Origin: Macrostomum hystrix
Taxonomy: Eukaryota; Animalia; Platyhelminthes
Direction of reading: 5' to 3'
DNA: 64,000 nt
Assembly: GCA_950097015.1 (NCBI GenBank)
Contig: CATNEN010000041.1
Location: forward strand, 2,914,001-2,978,000
The stretch's first letter is position 1. Each line of letters opens with the position of its first letter. Of the stretch, positions 39,752 through 50,348 are shown piece after piece. A program made the position numbers and the translations under genes. Below the pieces are notes generated by a model, which ran no database searches, had not been told where the DNA came from, and worked only from the letters and a program-made list of their open reading frames with translations.

Positions 39752-40205
39752 TAGGTCAGAAGAGGTAGTAGTTCAGGGCTCGTGCGGGTCAGGACAGGTA
39801 GTAGTTCAGGGCTCGCGCGGGTCAGAAGAGGTAGTAGTTCAGGGCTCGCGCGGGTCAGGACAGGTAGTAGTTCAGGGCTCGCGCGGGTCAGGACAGGTAG
39901 TAGTTCAGGGCTCGTGCGGGTCAGGACAGGTAGTAGTTCAGGGCTCGTGCGGGTCAGGACAGGTAGTAGTTCAGGGCTCGCGCGGGTCAGGACAGGTAGT
40001 AGTTCAGGGCTCGTGCGGGTCAGGACAGGTAGTAGTTCAGGGCTCGTGCAGGTCAGGACAGGTAGTAGTTCAGGGCTCGTGCGGGTCAGGACAGGTAGTA
40101 GTTCAGGGCTCGCGCGGGTCAGGACAGGTAGTAGTTCAGGGCTCGTGCGGGTCAAGACAGGTAGTAGTTCAGGCTCGCGCGGGTCAGGACAGGTAGTAGT
40201 TCAAG
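39752..40205 (-). repeat. 33-bp minisatellite that duplicates the last codons and stop of the BTB gene (RALNYYLS*), ~14 copies
   Basis: The minus-strand unit cgcgcgagccctgaactactacctgtcctgacc matches the CDS end cgagccttgaactactacctgtcctga. Confidence 0.95.
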
Positions 40206-42237
40206 GCTCGGTTCAGGTCGCCGTCGGCAGTGACCAGGAGGTCCAGCAGGACGCTGTCCGACGGCTCCGGGCCGACGATGGCGCGGAATTCGCCAAGCTT
40301 CTCCTCAAAGTTGCCCCCAGGCGGGCTGGGCCAGAGCTGCTCTGAGTCCGAGCTGCTGCCGTCCAGGCTGCCGACCGACTCGGGCAACGTCAGGCGGTCA
40401 CGGAGGGCCTGGCTCAGCTGGCCCAGCTGCGGAGCGGTGGCGTTATGCCTGGCCACATGAGCACTGCCCAATTCACCTTAGAGATTGCCTGGCAACAGCA
40501 GCCTTCCCAAGGCCCTCCCACAGAAGCATGTCACTCTCACTCAGAAGAACCCGCCAAGGACTCACATCGTCCACGGACACGGCGTTGATGTTCCGCTGCA
40601 GGAAGTCGAAGGCGGAGTCCATGAGCGCCGTTTGCCCGGTCCGCTCGCCCAGCACCAGCAGCGGCACCGCCGTCTCGAAGCCGATCCGAGCCACCAGAGC
40701 GCTGGCGCAAATCTTTGACAGGCGCTCCAGCTCGAACCGGTCCGCCAGCAGCAACAGGTCCACCTGGCGGTTTGGGGTGGACACGGCCTCAGACACATTG
40801 GCTTCCAGTAGCCGTTACGTTTTAGAGCCCTGCACAATTTCCCTCTGCTCACATCCCTTCAACCTGCACCGCTAACTCGCCCCAATTACATCTTGCCTCA
40901 TCCACTCTGTCTCACCAGCCAGTCCGTGGAGGCGTCGTCCCCGACAGGCAGCACTCCGGTGTAGAGAAACTCGAGCAGGCGCTCAACCAGTGGGCCCTCG
41001 CAGTCGGGCAGCCGGAGGTGCTTCTCAAGCGCCTCGCACATGCCGGACTGCAGGACGCGCCGAATCCACGGGCAGCGGCCAGCCAAGACCAGCGAGTGGA
41101 CCCGGAAGCTGCGCTCGTCGCAGGTGGTCACGAGCAGGTCCGGCGCAGGCTGCAGTAGCTCGCCGCGCCACAGACGAGTCAGGCACAGCTGCAGAGGAAG
41201 GGCAGGTCAAGCGGGCCTGGATCGTCTCTGACCACGGACACACAAATACAGACACCTAAATATGACATAAGGGAGCCAAACTTGCCGTAGAGGCAAAAGG
41301 CACCCACCTGCAGCTCATTAGGCACCGAGGCAGCCGATTCGGCAGCGCCGGCGGTGACGGTGCTGGGTGGCTCTTTGGAGGCGTCCTCGAGCGACACCGC
41401 CGAGATGGAGGCTGCGGCCGCGTCAGCTTCGGAGGCGGGCGCAGCCGCGTCGGCAGCAGCGTCGCCGGCGGCGAAGTCGGGCGGCAGGATGGCGAGCTCG
41501 CGCAGCAGGCCGAGGGTCTCCTGGCAGCCGCGTGGCAGGCAGGCGGTCAGCCGGCGCCAGAACTCGGCCGCGGCCGGCTCGGCGCGGACTGAGCGCAGCA
41601 AGCGCACAGCGAGGCCGGCGCGCCTGGCCGCCTTCTTGGCCCTCTTCTCCCAGCGAGCGGAGATGCGGAAGTCACCGGCGCCGGCGCCGCCGCCCGGAGG
41701 CCGCCGATTGTCGAGGCCGGCCAGTTCGGCCAGCAGGTGGTCGAACAGCTCGGACAGTCGCTCGGGGCTGGCCTGGCGGTATTCAGAGCGCATCGACTCG
41801 AGCTGAGTGCGGAGGGTCGAGCACCTGGTTTGTGTTGAGGGGGAAAGTGAGCACTCACTTCTTAGCAGCTCAAGACTCAAGTCTCTAAGTTACAGACTAA
41901 AATAATCGCCATAGACTCACTTTTTGGGCGAGGACAGCAGCGCCCGCCAGTCTTTGAACTGGAGGACTCCGCCGCCACCCAGCAGGCCCTGCCGGCAGCC
42001 AGTGCTCAGCAGGTCGGCCAGCTGCAGGGCGCACTCGGGCAGGCCAGAGGCCAGCGGCTCCAGCCGGTCGAAGCACAGCTGGCAGAGCTCCGGCCGCCGC
42101 TCGGCCGGAACCGCTCGCATCGCCGAGTGCAGCCGGTGAAGCAGCTGAGCCTGTGACTCGGCCAGCCTGCCAGCCCGGTCACGGAACAGCTGCTGCACCC
42201 TGGCCCGCTCAGGCCCAGGCATCGACTCGTAAAGTGC

Positions 42238-42933
42238 TGAAATATTTTAGATTCGTCTCTGGTCTATCAATGTCTAGTTTAATGAGTATTCTTATTATCT
42301 TTACTAGTTGTCTTTGACAAGAGCCAATTGTACACGGCTATTTCTAAGTAATGAGGAGGCGTGGAAAATCGACTATCTTTTCCTGATGTTGCACTCACTT
42401 TCGGTCTTATACTCTCAATCGGATTATATTTTGTTGGTCTTACGGCAAACAGTTAAAAGATGACAACTCACTATAAATTATTACAATTATTACAATCACT
42501 GAGAGAAGGTAATTCCCAAGCACAAGTATTTGATTGTTACTCACGGATCCTGAGTCAGTAACCAAGATATGGAAAAGGGTTCAAGGTAAGATCTGGGTGA
42601 AGTTTCCAGGAGTCACAATTCCAATTTCAATAAGGTATTCTTAATTATCTGGATCTTGCATGGGTTAGCCAGGGATAGCAAAGGCTAGCGACTAATAGAT
42701 ATCGGATCTAGCTAGGAGATTGAATAGCAAGCGAAGAAGGAACGGGCGAGCGGGGGCCGTCTTACTTTCTCTCAGTGCAAGAACTTTTATACTCATCCGG
42801 CCAAAGGCTGCCATAGGGCAGGAGTCTTTAGGCTAATCCTAGAGCTCCTGCAAATGCATCCTCGCGCAGGAGAGCTGCATATTCTAATCGCGCCTAGATG
42901 TAAAAATCGCATAGTTTAAATTGTAACACTTCA
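42238..42933 (-). repeat. 3' LTR (696 bp)
   Basis: No differences from 50349-51044 found by eye; TATAAAA on minus strand at 42785-42791. Confidence 0.97.
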
Positions 42934-42948
42934 TTAGCCCTTTTTTAC
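42934..42948 (-). other. Polypurine tract
   Basis: Minus strand gtaaaaaagggctaa immediately precedes the 3' LTR. Confidence 0.7.
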
Positions 42949-43555
42949 AGAAGCGAAGGTCCTCCGAGCTCATAGATAACAATATGTTAGATATTATAGG
43001 AGGTTGATTAACATTTGTGGGGGTAAAAGATGACGGTATAAGAGGCATTCGGAAACAGATTTAAAGAAAATGATAAAGCGCGAAAAAAACTGTACAGTAT
43101 AAATAGTGCGAGTTTGAGAAATAAGAATTGAAAATGTCCTAACAATTGACAATTGATTTCGAAGTCTAGCTTTTGATAACACTTGTAGGAGGTATAAAAA
43201 TGTGAGATGGCGTGTAAAGGTTATATGCATAGTTGGTATAAGAATATGATAGAAAAACACGATCGATTAGGAGTGTCAAAACAAGTGGCATATACAAGAC
43301 CTTAGACAGGGTCAAGGAGGGTGCACAAAGGGAGTGGGGTAGAGATAAAGCGAAGCGCAGAGAAGTGCCATAGACTATGTGCGCGAGTAATGTACATGTC
43401 CAGTTAAGTTTATTGAGTTAGAAAGTAAAGGAAAGGAGAGGCTTGGATTAAAGCGACGAAAAGTGATATAAAGGGACAGAAAAACGTGGGGCTCTATGCG
43501 TGCAACATTTGACTTCTAGCGAGTTTCTAAAAGTTAAACTGTTTCTCAACTGGCA

Positions 43556-43834
43556 ATGCAAGACCAAATTTCAAATCTGCGCTGGCTTTTAACAGATCTC
43601 GGTGTTCAGGTCGAGCGTCTCGACAAGCGACTGCAGATCGTCGAGTGGCAGCTGATTAGCCTGTGGGCGCTGTTAGGCGCCTTCATCTTAGTCAGTCTGG
43701 TCGTGTGGGTGTGCATCTGCTGTGGCTGCAGATGTCGATATCCACGGCGAAATACCCATCATCCAGAGCAGCGGTCGGTTAGTCCGGCAGTTGCTCTAGA
43801 CGGTGCCGATTTCGCTGCGGGGTCGCTTTGTTGA
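43556..43834 (+). CDS. Antisense 92-aa membrane microprotein in the LTR element (leucine zipper - TM helix - Cys cluster - basic patch)
   Basis: ATG in gcaATG context; TATAAA at 43467-43472; heptad a/d positions I5, L8, L12, L15, V19, L22, L26, V29, L33, L36; TM about 33-54; CICCGCRC then RYPRR. Confidence 0.6.
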   Translation: MQDQISNLRWLLTDLGVQVERLDKRLQIVEWQLISLWALLGAFILVSLVVWVCICCGCRCRYPRRNTHHPEQRSVSPAVALDGADFAAGSLC

Positions 43835-44570
43835 CTGCACAGTATGATGTTAGCCCATTATGAACGTTAAAACGGCCCTTCTCAGGGCCACCACGTTGAA
43901 ATGAGGCTTCTGGTTCTACTTCGTGTCGGACACGAGAGATCGCAATTGCAGGAGTCGGGCAGAGAGACTTGATTGATGGGAGAGACGCTTGTGCCGCTGT
44001 CGGTGAAAACGCTAAGACAGTATGGGATGAAGTCGATAGCTGAATGAATGACAGCGTGTCAGTGTAGGCCACGGTGTCGGCTTCAGCGGTATTCGGTGAG
44101 ACTTCGGGTCATCAGGTTAGCCAATCGCCAGGTCATCAGAGTAGTTACACGGTCGAGCCTCAATGAGGCGAATGTGGAATAAAGGACAGAAAGAAAAGAT
44201 ATTGGAAAGGATGTTTAGAACAAGTGTAAGGAGAAGAGGTCTGTCTTCGAAATAGTCGTAGCTGAGTAACATATGTATGAGGAGGTAATAAAGGTAGCGA
44301 ATAAATATAGGTGAAGCCGCATGTCGAGTTTAGGTAATATATAAAATTATCTATAATTATGAAAAGAAATAGGATAAGCGAGAAACTAAATAATGTGTAC
44401 TAGAGAAGACGGATATTAGAGGTGTGGAAAAGTGATGATATTCTATATAAAGCATCAAGGGTGAAGAAGGGAATTAAATTATAACGAAATAGAAATGTGG
44501 GTAACGTATAAAGCAATGTTTACGTATTAAAGAATGCTGATCACTGGTCGAGTTTTTTGCGCAGACTTCA

Positions 44571-45680
44571 TCATTGTCTTTTCGTCATGATTTCTGATGT
44601 TTCACTCTGAGGTGTGAGTGAATTAATCAGGGCAAATTCTTCATTGCCGAGTGTGGCGATCGCCTTGGAGTAGTCAAACCGTAGTGGGATTCCAAGTGTT
44701 TTAAAGGTTTCTACTCCCAGGAGGAGGTCATAGTCTGGCAATGTGGAGTCCAATACAAAGGCGGTTATTGAATGTTCTTGTCGTCCGATCTCCAATTTAA
44801 GAGTAGTTTTCTGATTGAGTGAAAGCTGTTGTCCTCCTGCGCAAACTGCGCTTAAATTGGTGTTCTGTATTGGAGTGCCGAGTTTTCTTGCGAATTCAGA
44901 GGAAATGCAGGAGATCGAGGCGCCACTGTCAATGAGTGCTGTGCATTTGTAGCGCGTCTGTCGTGTGCCTTGGCACCGTAGCTGGATCATTGTTGCGGTG
45001 ATGGCATGTTTGATGGCGCAAGCGTAGGAAGCTGGCCACTGTGTGATAGGTGGAGGTGGTGGCTTTGGTCGTCTTCCTTGTGGCGGAACTAACGCTTCCA
45101 TTTGCAACTCCACAGGAGGTGATGGTGGAGGCAGTGGATATGTGCCAATCTTAGTATCGGACTGTGATGGTGGCGGTGGCGGTAGAGGCGGCGGTGTTGG
45201 CGGCGTTGGTTGAAGTTCCACGCTGATTCCAACGAACCGCTGAGCCAGCTTGGCCTCCTCGGCGACGAAGTTGATATCGACGTCGTGGCAGGACGGCTTC
45301 ACAATTAAGCCAACGTTGCGTCGACGAATTGACTTGGCCGAAGTGGCGGACTGCTGTAGTTCGATCACCGTAGTCTGATAAGTGCTCAACTGAGTCTCCA
45401 GTTCAGTAATAATTGATCGGAGTTCATTTACGATGGTCACATGCTCGCGTTCGATTTGATCCAACTGTTGCTGGTGGAGTAGTTCAGTTTCCTGGTTCTG
45501 GTTCTGCTGCTGCTGTTGGTGCTGCTGCTGAATAGATTGCTGGCAACAGTAATTGCTCGATAAGGTGGTCGATGAAGATTTCCTGGTCGCCTGTTCTTGC
45601 GGCTGCTTATCAAATAATAATCCGGAATCCTGCGTAGGACGTGTCGTGCGTATGTATGGACAAATTCGACCCGGTGTCGA
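44571..45680 (-). CDS. ORF2 of LTR element: poly-Q, coiled coil, Pro-rich linker, retropepsin-type aspartic protease
   Basis: ALIDSGASISCISSEFARKLG ... YDLLLGVETFKTLGI. The frame is open from 45680 (no ATG) and overlaps the gag end by ~70 nt in the +1 frame. Confidence 0.85.
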   Translation of the reverse strand, partial: STPGRICPYIRTTRPTQDSGLLFDKQPQEQATRKSSSTTLSSNYCCQQSIQQQHQQQQQNQNQETELLHQQQLDQIEREHVTIVNELRSIITELETQLSTYQTTVIELQQSATSAKSIRRRNVGLIVKPSCHDVDINFVAEEAKLAQRFVGISVELQPTPPTPPPLPPPPPSQSDTKIGTYPLPPPSPPVELQMEALVPPQGRRPKPPPPPITQWPASYACAIKHAITATMIQLRCQGTRQTRYKCTALIDSGASISCISSEFARKLGTPIQNTNLSAVCAGGQQLSLNQKTTLKLEIGRQEHSITAFVLDSTLPDYDLLLGVETFKTLGIPLRFDYSKAIATLGNEEFALINSLTPQSETSEIMTKRQ

Positions 45681-47652
45681 TTAGTTTCAGCACGCGGCAC
45701 TCAGCTGAGGACATGACGATTGCGGCGATATCTGGGCTGCAGGACTTGGTTGAAGTTGGCCGCTCTGTATGTTGCTCAGCGACTATGCGAACGTCGAAAT
45801 CGCCAACTCCGACGGAGACAGTCGATACAGGGGGAGACGGAGGCGAAGTTGGCGGTGGTGATGGCGGAGCTAACGGAGTCTGTCGCGGCTCGGTCTGAGT
45901 CGTGCTATTGCTGACAACAAGCTTAACAGTGGCCACGCCGTTGGTTGTGTGTTCGGTCGGAAGTGATACCAATCGGAGTGTGTTAATCTGAGCAGGTTTA
46001 GGGTCTTGATTGTGCAGTAAGTTTTCTAACTGTCTAGAATCGCCAGTGAACCTATAGATTCGTCCGTCATCCGGGGTTGGGTCATCCGTAGACTGAAGTG
46101 TCATAAGCGACGCGGGGTGGTCGCGGTGATGCCATTCAGACTCTTGTTGATCCTCATAGTGTGGCACTGTGATCGTTCGGATATTGTGTCGCATGTGTTG
46201 ATTGTTGTGTCGCCAGGGCTGTGTATAAGGCGGTGAATAACGTGGTTGGCTTTGTGCCATGCGTTTTCGGCAGACATCGATGATGTGGCCAGGGTGTCTG
46301 CAATAGCTGCAACCCCTGTCTGGCTGCCACTGTGGACTGCGATACTGGTTACCATGGCCTTGTCCCTGGGGTGTGTAACCTTGAAATTTTTGTCGGATGG
46401 CCGCTCCAGGTAAGTTTGCCGTCTCATAAGTGTTCATCGGCTGGCGATTTTGGTGTCGATATCTGTCATCCTGCTGAGTTGTAGGTCCACTTCCTGCCCA
46501 ACACCGTGCGGATGTGTGACCGATTTTACCACAAGTGTAGCAGGTCTTGACTTCCGGACGTGTGTGCTGCGACTTCCTGGCAGTGCGATTCAATGTAGCC
46601 AATAACTGTTCATTAGACTCTTGGGTGGTATTCAAGAGAGCATTAAGTCGTTCAGTCAATTTTTTAATGTCAGACTCGTCCGAGTCCAGAGTGGAGTCGC
46701 GAGTCTGTTCAATTCTCAAGGCCTTGTTGAGCAGTTCTGCCTCAGAGGAAATGTTGCGCTTAAGCAGGTCTGACCGCAGGTAAGGCAGTGAATTGTTGAT
46801 GACTGTAGCGACAAAGGTGGTGGTAAAGTCTCTGTCGCGTTGTTGCATTGCTCCCAAGTTCGTAGGAGGGGTTTCGGGTTCAGTACCCTCGGCATATATA
46901 GGTGCTATAGCCGGTAAGGTAGCACGCATTTTCCGGCGTAAATCAGTAAAGTACTGTAGGAATGGTTCGCCTGGCTGTTGTTTACGAGATGTTGCATTAT
47001 GTAATGTTAGTGTCGAGCCGATAGAAATCTCTCGTAGGCGTTCCGTGAGAGCTCGAATAGTATCGGGGAACGAATTTTGAGTCTGGGCATCGAGCCTTCC
47101 AAATTCGAGCTTGAGTAAGTCGTCCAGTAGTCGTGGAAATATGCGAATTTTGGTGGTATTCGATAATCCAAAGGTTCGGGCAGCCAGGTCGAATTCGGCT
47201 ACAAAAGTCGGGAAGTCATGCATCTGATTGATGCCTTTGACACAATTGCGGACCTCAGCGAGAACCGTCGCTGACACCGGTTGTTCAGCGCCGGTGCCCA
47301 TAGCTCGGTTCATTGTGTCAGTAAATTGTCGTAAAGCTGCTGCGGCTTCTTCCATGTTTGGGAGTTGGACGTTTTGATCGTCGTTATCTTGGTCGACGGA
47401 AGCGAGTGGTGGACCTTGTAATGTACTGTCTCTGTATGACGGTAAGTCTCCAAAAGTGACGGAAGTTGATGCGCCTGTAACAGTTCTATTCTGAGGTGTG
47501 GACAAGACGGAGGGGTTTGTGCCGTTTGGATTGTTCTCAACTATAGAATCAGGGTCTATGGACTGATTCGGTATTTGAGATTGCTGTGGGTCCTCCAATT
47601 TCAATGATTGATAATTTCTTCCAGAGCGAGTATAACTAGGCAATAAATTCAT
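45610..47652 (-). CDS. gag: Gag (680 aa) of LTR element
   Basis: Two CX2CX4HX4C knuckles (CYTCGKIGHTSARC, CSYCRHPGHIIDVC), capsid-like RKQQPGEPFLQYFTDLRRK segment, terminal LIDTGS motif. Confidence 0.92.
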   Translation of the reverse strand: MNLLPSYTRSGRNYQSLKLEDPQQSQIPNQSIDPDSIVENNPNGTNPSVLSTPQNRTVTGASTSVTFGDLPSYRDSTLQGPPLASVDQDNDDQNVQLPNMEEAAAALRQFTDTMNRAMGTGAEQPVSATVLAEVRNCVKGINQMHDFPTFVAEFDLAARTFGLSNTTKIRIFPRLLDDLLKLEFGRLDAQTQNSFPDTIRALTERLREISIGSTLTLHNATSRKQQPGEPFLQYFTDLRRKMRATLPAIAPIYAEGTEPETPPTNLGAMQQRDRDFTTTFVATVINNSLPYLRSDLLKRNISSEAELLNKALRIEQTRDSTLDSDESDIKKLTERLNALLNTTQESNEQLLATLNRTARKSQHTRPEVKTCYTCGKIGHTSARCWAGSGPTTQQDDRYRHQNRQPMNTYETANLPGAAIRQKFQGYTPQGQGHGNQYRSPQWQPDRGCSYCRHPGHIIDVCRKRMAQSQPRYSPPYTQPWRHNNQHMRHNIRTITVPHYEDQQESEWHHRDHPASLMTLQSTDDPTPDDGRIYRFTGDSRQLENLLHNQDPKPAQINTLRLVSLPTEHTTNGVATVKLVVSNSTTQTEPRQTPLAPPSPPPTSPPSPPVSTVSVGVGDFDVRIVAEQHTERPTSTKSCSPDIAAIVMSSAECRVLKLIDTGSNLSIHTHDTSYAGFRIII

Positions 47653-50333
47653 GTACTTTTAAACTTTCTTGTGGAGTTGAATGCAAAACAAGATTCGAAT
47701 AAGGCGGAGTAAGAACTTGATAGTGAAGTAAGTATTGGTTACTGCGAGTAGTAAGAAGAGGGTTTGTCGCAACAGGCAACGGCTTTCGGGCACGTGGTCC
47801 GGAGTTCTGGCAATTTTGGGGATTCAGAATAAGTAATGCGGCTTTTATTTAAACGTGTTCATCTGCGTCTGAGTGGGGAATGTGTTCTCCGTTCAGATTG
47901 AATCAGCACGGCGAATAATTAATTAACAAATAGGTACCACGTGGTTTTGGAGTCAGGCAAAGAATGCAAAGTGTAATAGCGAGGAGGGATTTTTGTAGGA
48001 ATATTTATATCATTAGACGCTTTCTAGATTACTGCTTTTATTTTGTTTTCTAATATTGCTATTTTTATTTGCTTTTTGATTTTGTGATTTTTTAGTTTTT
48101 TGGTTATATATATATATTCACGTTATAAACGAAGACAAGTTAGATGGTAATATATTTTTGTTATTTTTTTGAGTTTTATATGTTTTTATTCTTTTTACCA
48201 CTTTTATAGAAAGTATAAGTATTAAGACAGGTATACACATGTCGTTACGTATGAAAAGATGTATTTACAAGAGGATATGTTCAAAGGAAAGCAATATATA
48301 TAATTTGTGTAGTGCGGAACTTCATTATACATCCTATTAGATAAATGTTCGTTTGTGAACGAGGAAATATATATAGAAACGTTGGCGTGTGTAAGCATAG
48401 AGAGAGATAGTTAAATAATTATATACAGCTTAAGTAGGTAATGTTATATATGATATGAAAATGTATATATTTTTGTGCTTTTTTATAGAATTTTGTAAGC
48501 ATATCAAGTATATTTACAGCGTTAGATGTGTCTGGTTAAAAGTGGTTGAAGAAGCAGACGAAGAATGAGAAATGATAAAGTTAGTACTGTAGAAACGGTA
48601 TAAAAAAGAGTAATGAGATGAATGATAGTAGAGGGAAGAGTAAGGATGGCTTTCCGAGGAGGATTACCAGTGATGCCGGCTAGAATGGGACCCCAACCGA
48701 GCTCACCTAGGAGAAGAATAAATCGTTCAAGAGAACTAGGACAGAGGGAGAGATAACGCCAGTATGTGTAGAAGTTGAGTAGAGCACATGATTTGTCCAT
48801 TTTGGAGAGAAAGTGGAAGAAGAGTGAGACGAGAAATATAGATAAAAAGAGAAATGTGATCAGAAGGCAGTCACGGGGCCGCGATCAAACTAGGTGTATC
48901 TGGCAGTTAGAGGTTCCGGCAGCGAGGAAGAGTGGAGTGGCCGGCGTCAAGCAGAATGGCACCAGTAGATCTTCAGCAGACACGGCGAAGGATGCAGCAA
49001 GTAGGTCGAAGTGCAGAGGAGCGCAGAGTGACTGAGTTGAATTAGGTTTGAGAGTATTGACTGTGAATAGAGGGTGAAGGCTTTTTATAGTGACGGGAAA
49101 TTGCGGTTGACCGCCAGAAAATGAAATTTTTGATTAAATGCGAAGGAGGCTGAAGCGGTTGATTGGATTTTGTGATGGCTCTTCGAGAAAGTGTGGCTGA
49201 CAGCTAGGAGATAGGAGTAGAGTTCACATGCAAAGAAGGCTAAAGCAGTTAATTGGATTTTGGAGATCGATCTACGAGAAAGTGAGGCTGACAGCTAGGA
49301 AATAAGATTTGTGCTCACATGAAGAGAAATCTGGGCAAGTAATTGGATTTTTGCGAAAATAAATGAGAAAGTGAGGCTGACAGCTAGGAAATGAGATCTG
49401 GGCAAGTAATTGGATTTTTGCGAAAATAAATGAGAAAAAGGCTTTTTTGCCTAACGCAGCGTCGAGCCTGGTAATTAATTTGGGCGAAAAAGTTTTCCAA
49501 AAAAGTTTTTTGTTGATTGATGAGTGGAGGCACTGGGGAAATAAGCGCGCGTGTTTGTATGCATGGACCACACGACGGAAAGCCGCGTCGGGAGAACGAA
49601 GTTTGATTAAAGAAAAAAAAACGCTGTCCCAGCGGAAAAGCGAGGATAATGCGTAGCTATAGGATTTCGTGTTAATTTGAGAAAGTTTTTTGTTGCTAAA
49701 AGTTCCATATGTAAAAGCGTCTAAGATAAAATATTAGTCAGAATTGTCTTTTTAGAAGACAACCTGCAGGATTCTCTACGTTGGGGGAGTAGAGAAATCT
49801 TCGTTTAGAAGACTTGCCGTCTGATTTAACAATTGACTTGAGGAATTTCCAACAAATTTCAACAATAGGGAGGCTATACACTTGCAGAGTTGGAGGGAAA
49901 TGGTTTGAGTTGAGAAGTTATTTAGAGAGTGTTGAATACATTCAACGAAATCTAAACCTAACTTGACGACTCGGAAAGGTGTTGAAGAAAGAGGTTTTGC
50001 CGACTATGACTTATTAAAAGTCTTGAGAGGATTTTAATTTATATCTGCGCGCCAACACCTCAAGCTTTATTTTCTCCATTTAAACTGATTTATCGATAAT
50101 CGACTTTCTAGTCGACTGACTGACTGTGGTTTAAGAGGGCCCTCGAATTTCATTGAGGACGCAGTGAAACACGGGAGAACACAAGATTGTTTCGAACTCG
50201 ACAAAATTTAATATTAATTGCAGAAAGGGATTGCCAGATTACTCCCCCCACGCCCCTCAGCCATGCCTTAAGCGATTAGCCCATAATGAATTTAGTCATG
50301 GTGTAGAAATAAGTGAGTGCATGGAGGAAAAGA

Positions 50334-50347
50334 CGGTCAGGGAACCA
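50334..50347 (-). other. Primer-binding site complementary to tRNA-Glu 3' end
   Basis: Plus strand CGGTCAGGGAACCA matches the eukaryotic tRNA-Glu(CTC) 3' end including CCA (recalled sequence), 1 nt from the 5' LTR. Confidence 0.85.
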
Positions 50348-50348
50348 G

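Noticed and set aside
44095-44150. Two CTGATGA motifs on the element sense strand as a hammerhead ribozyme or C/D box RNA
   Set aside because: No stem II followed by GAAA, and no convincing terminal stem
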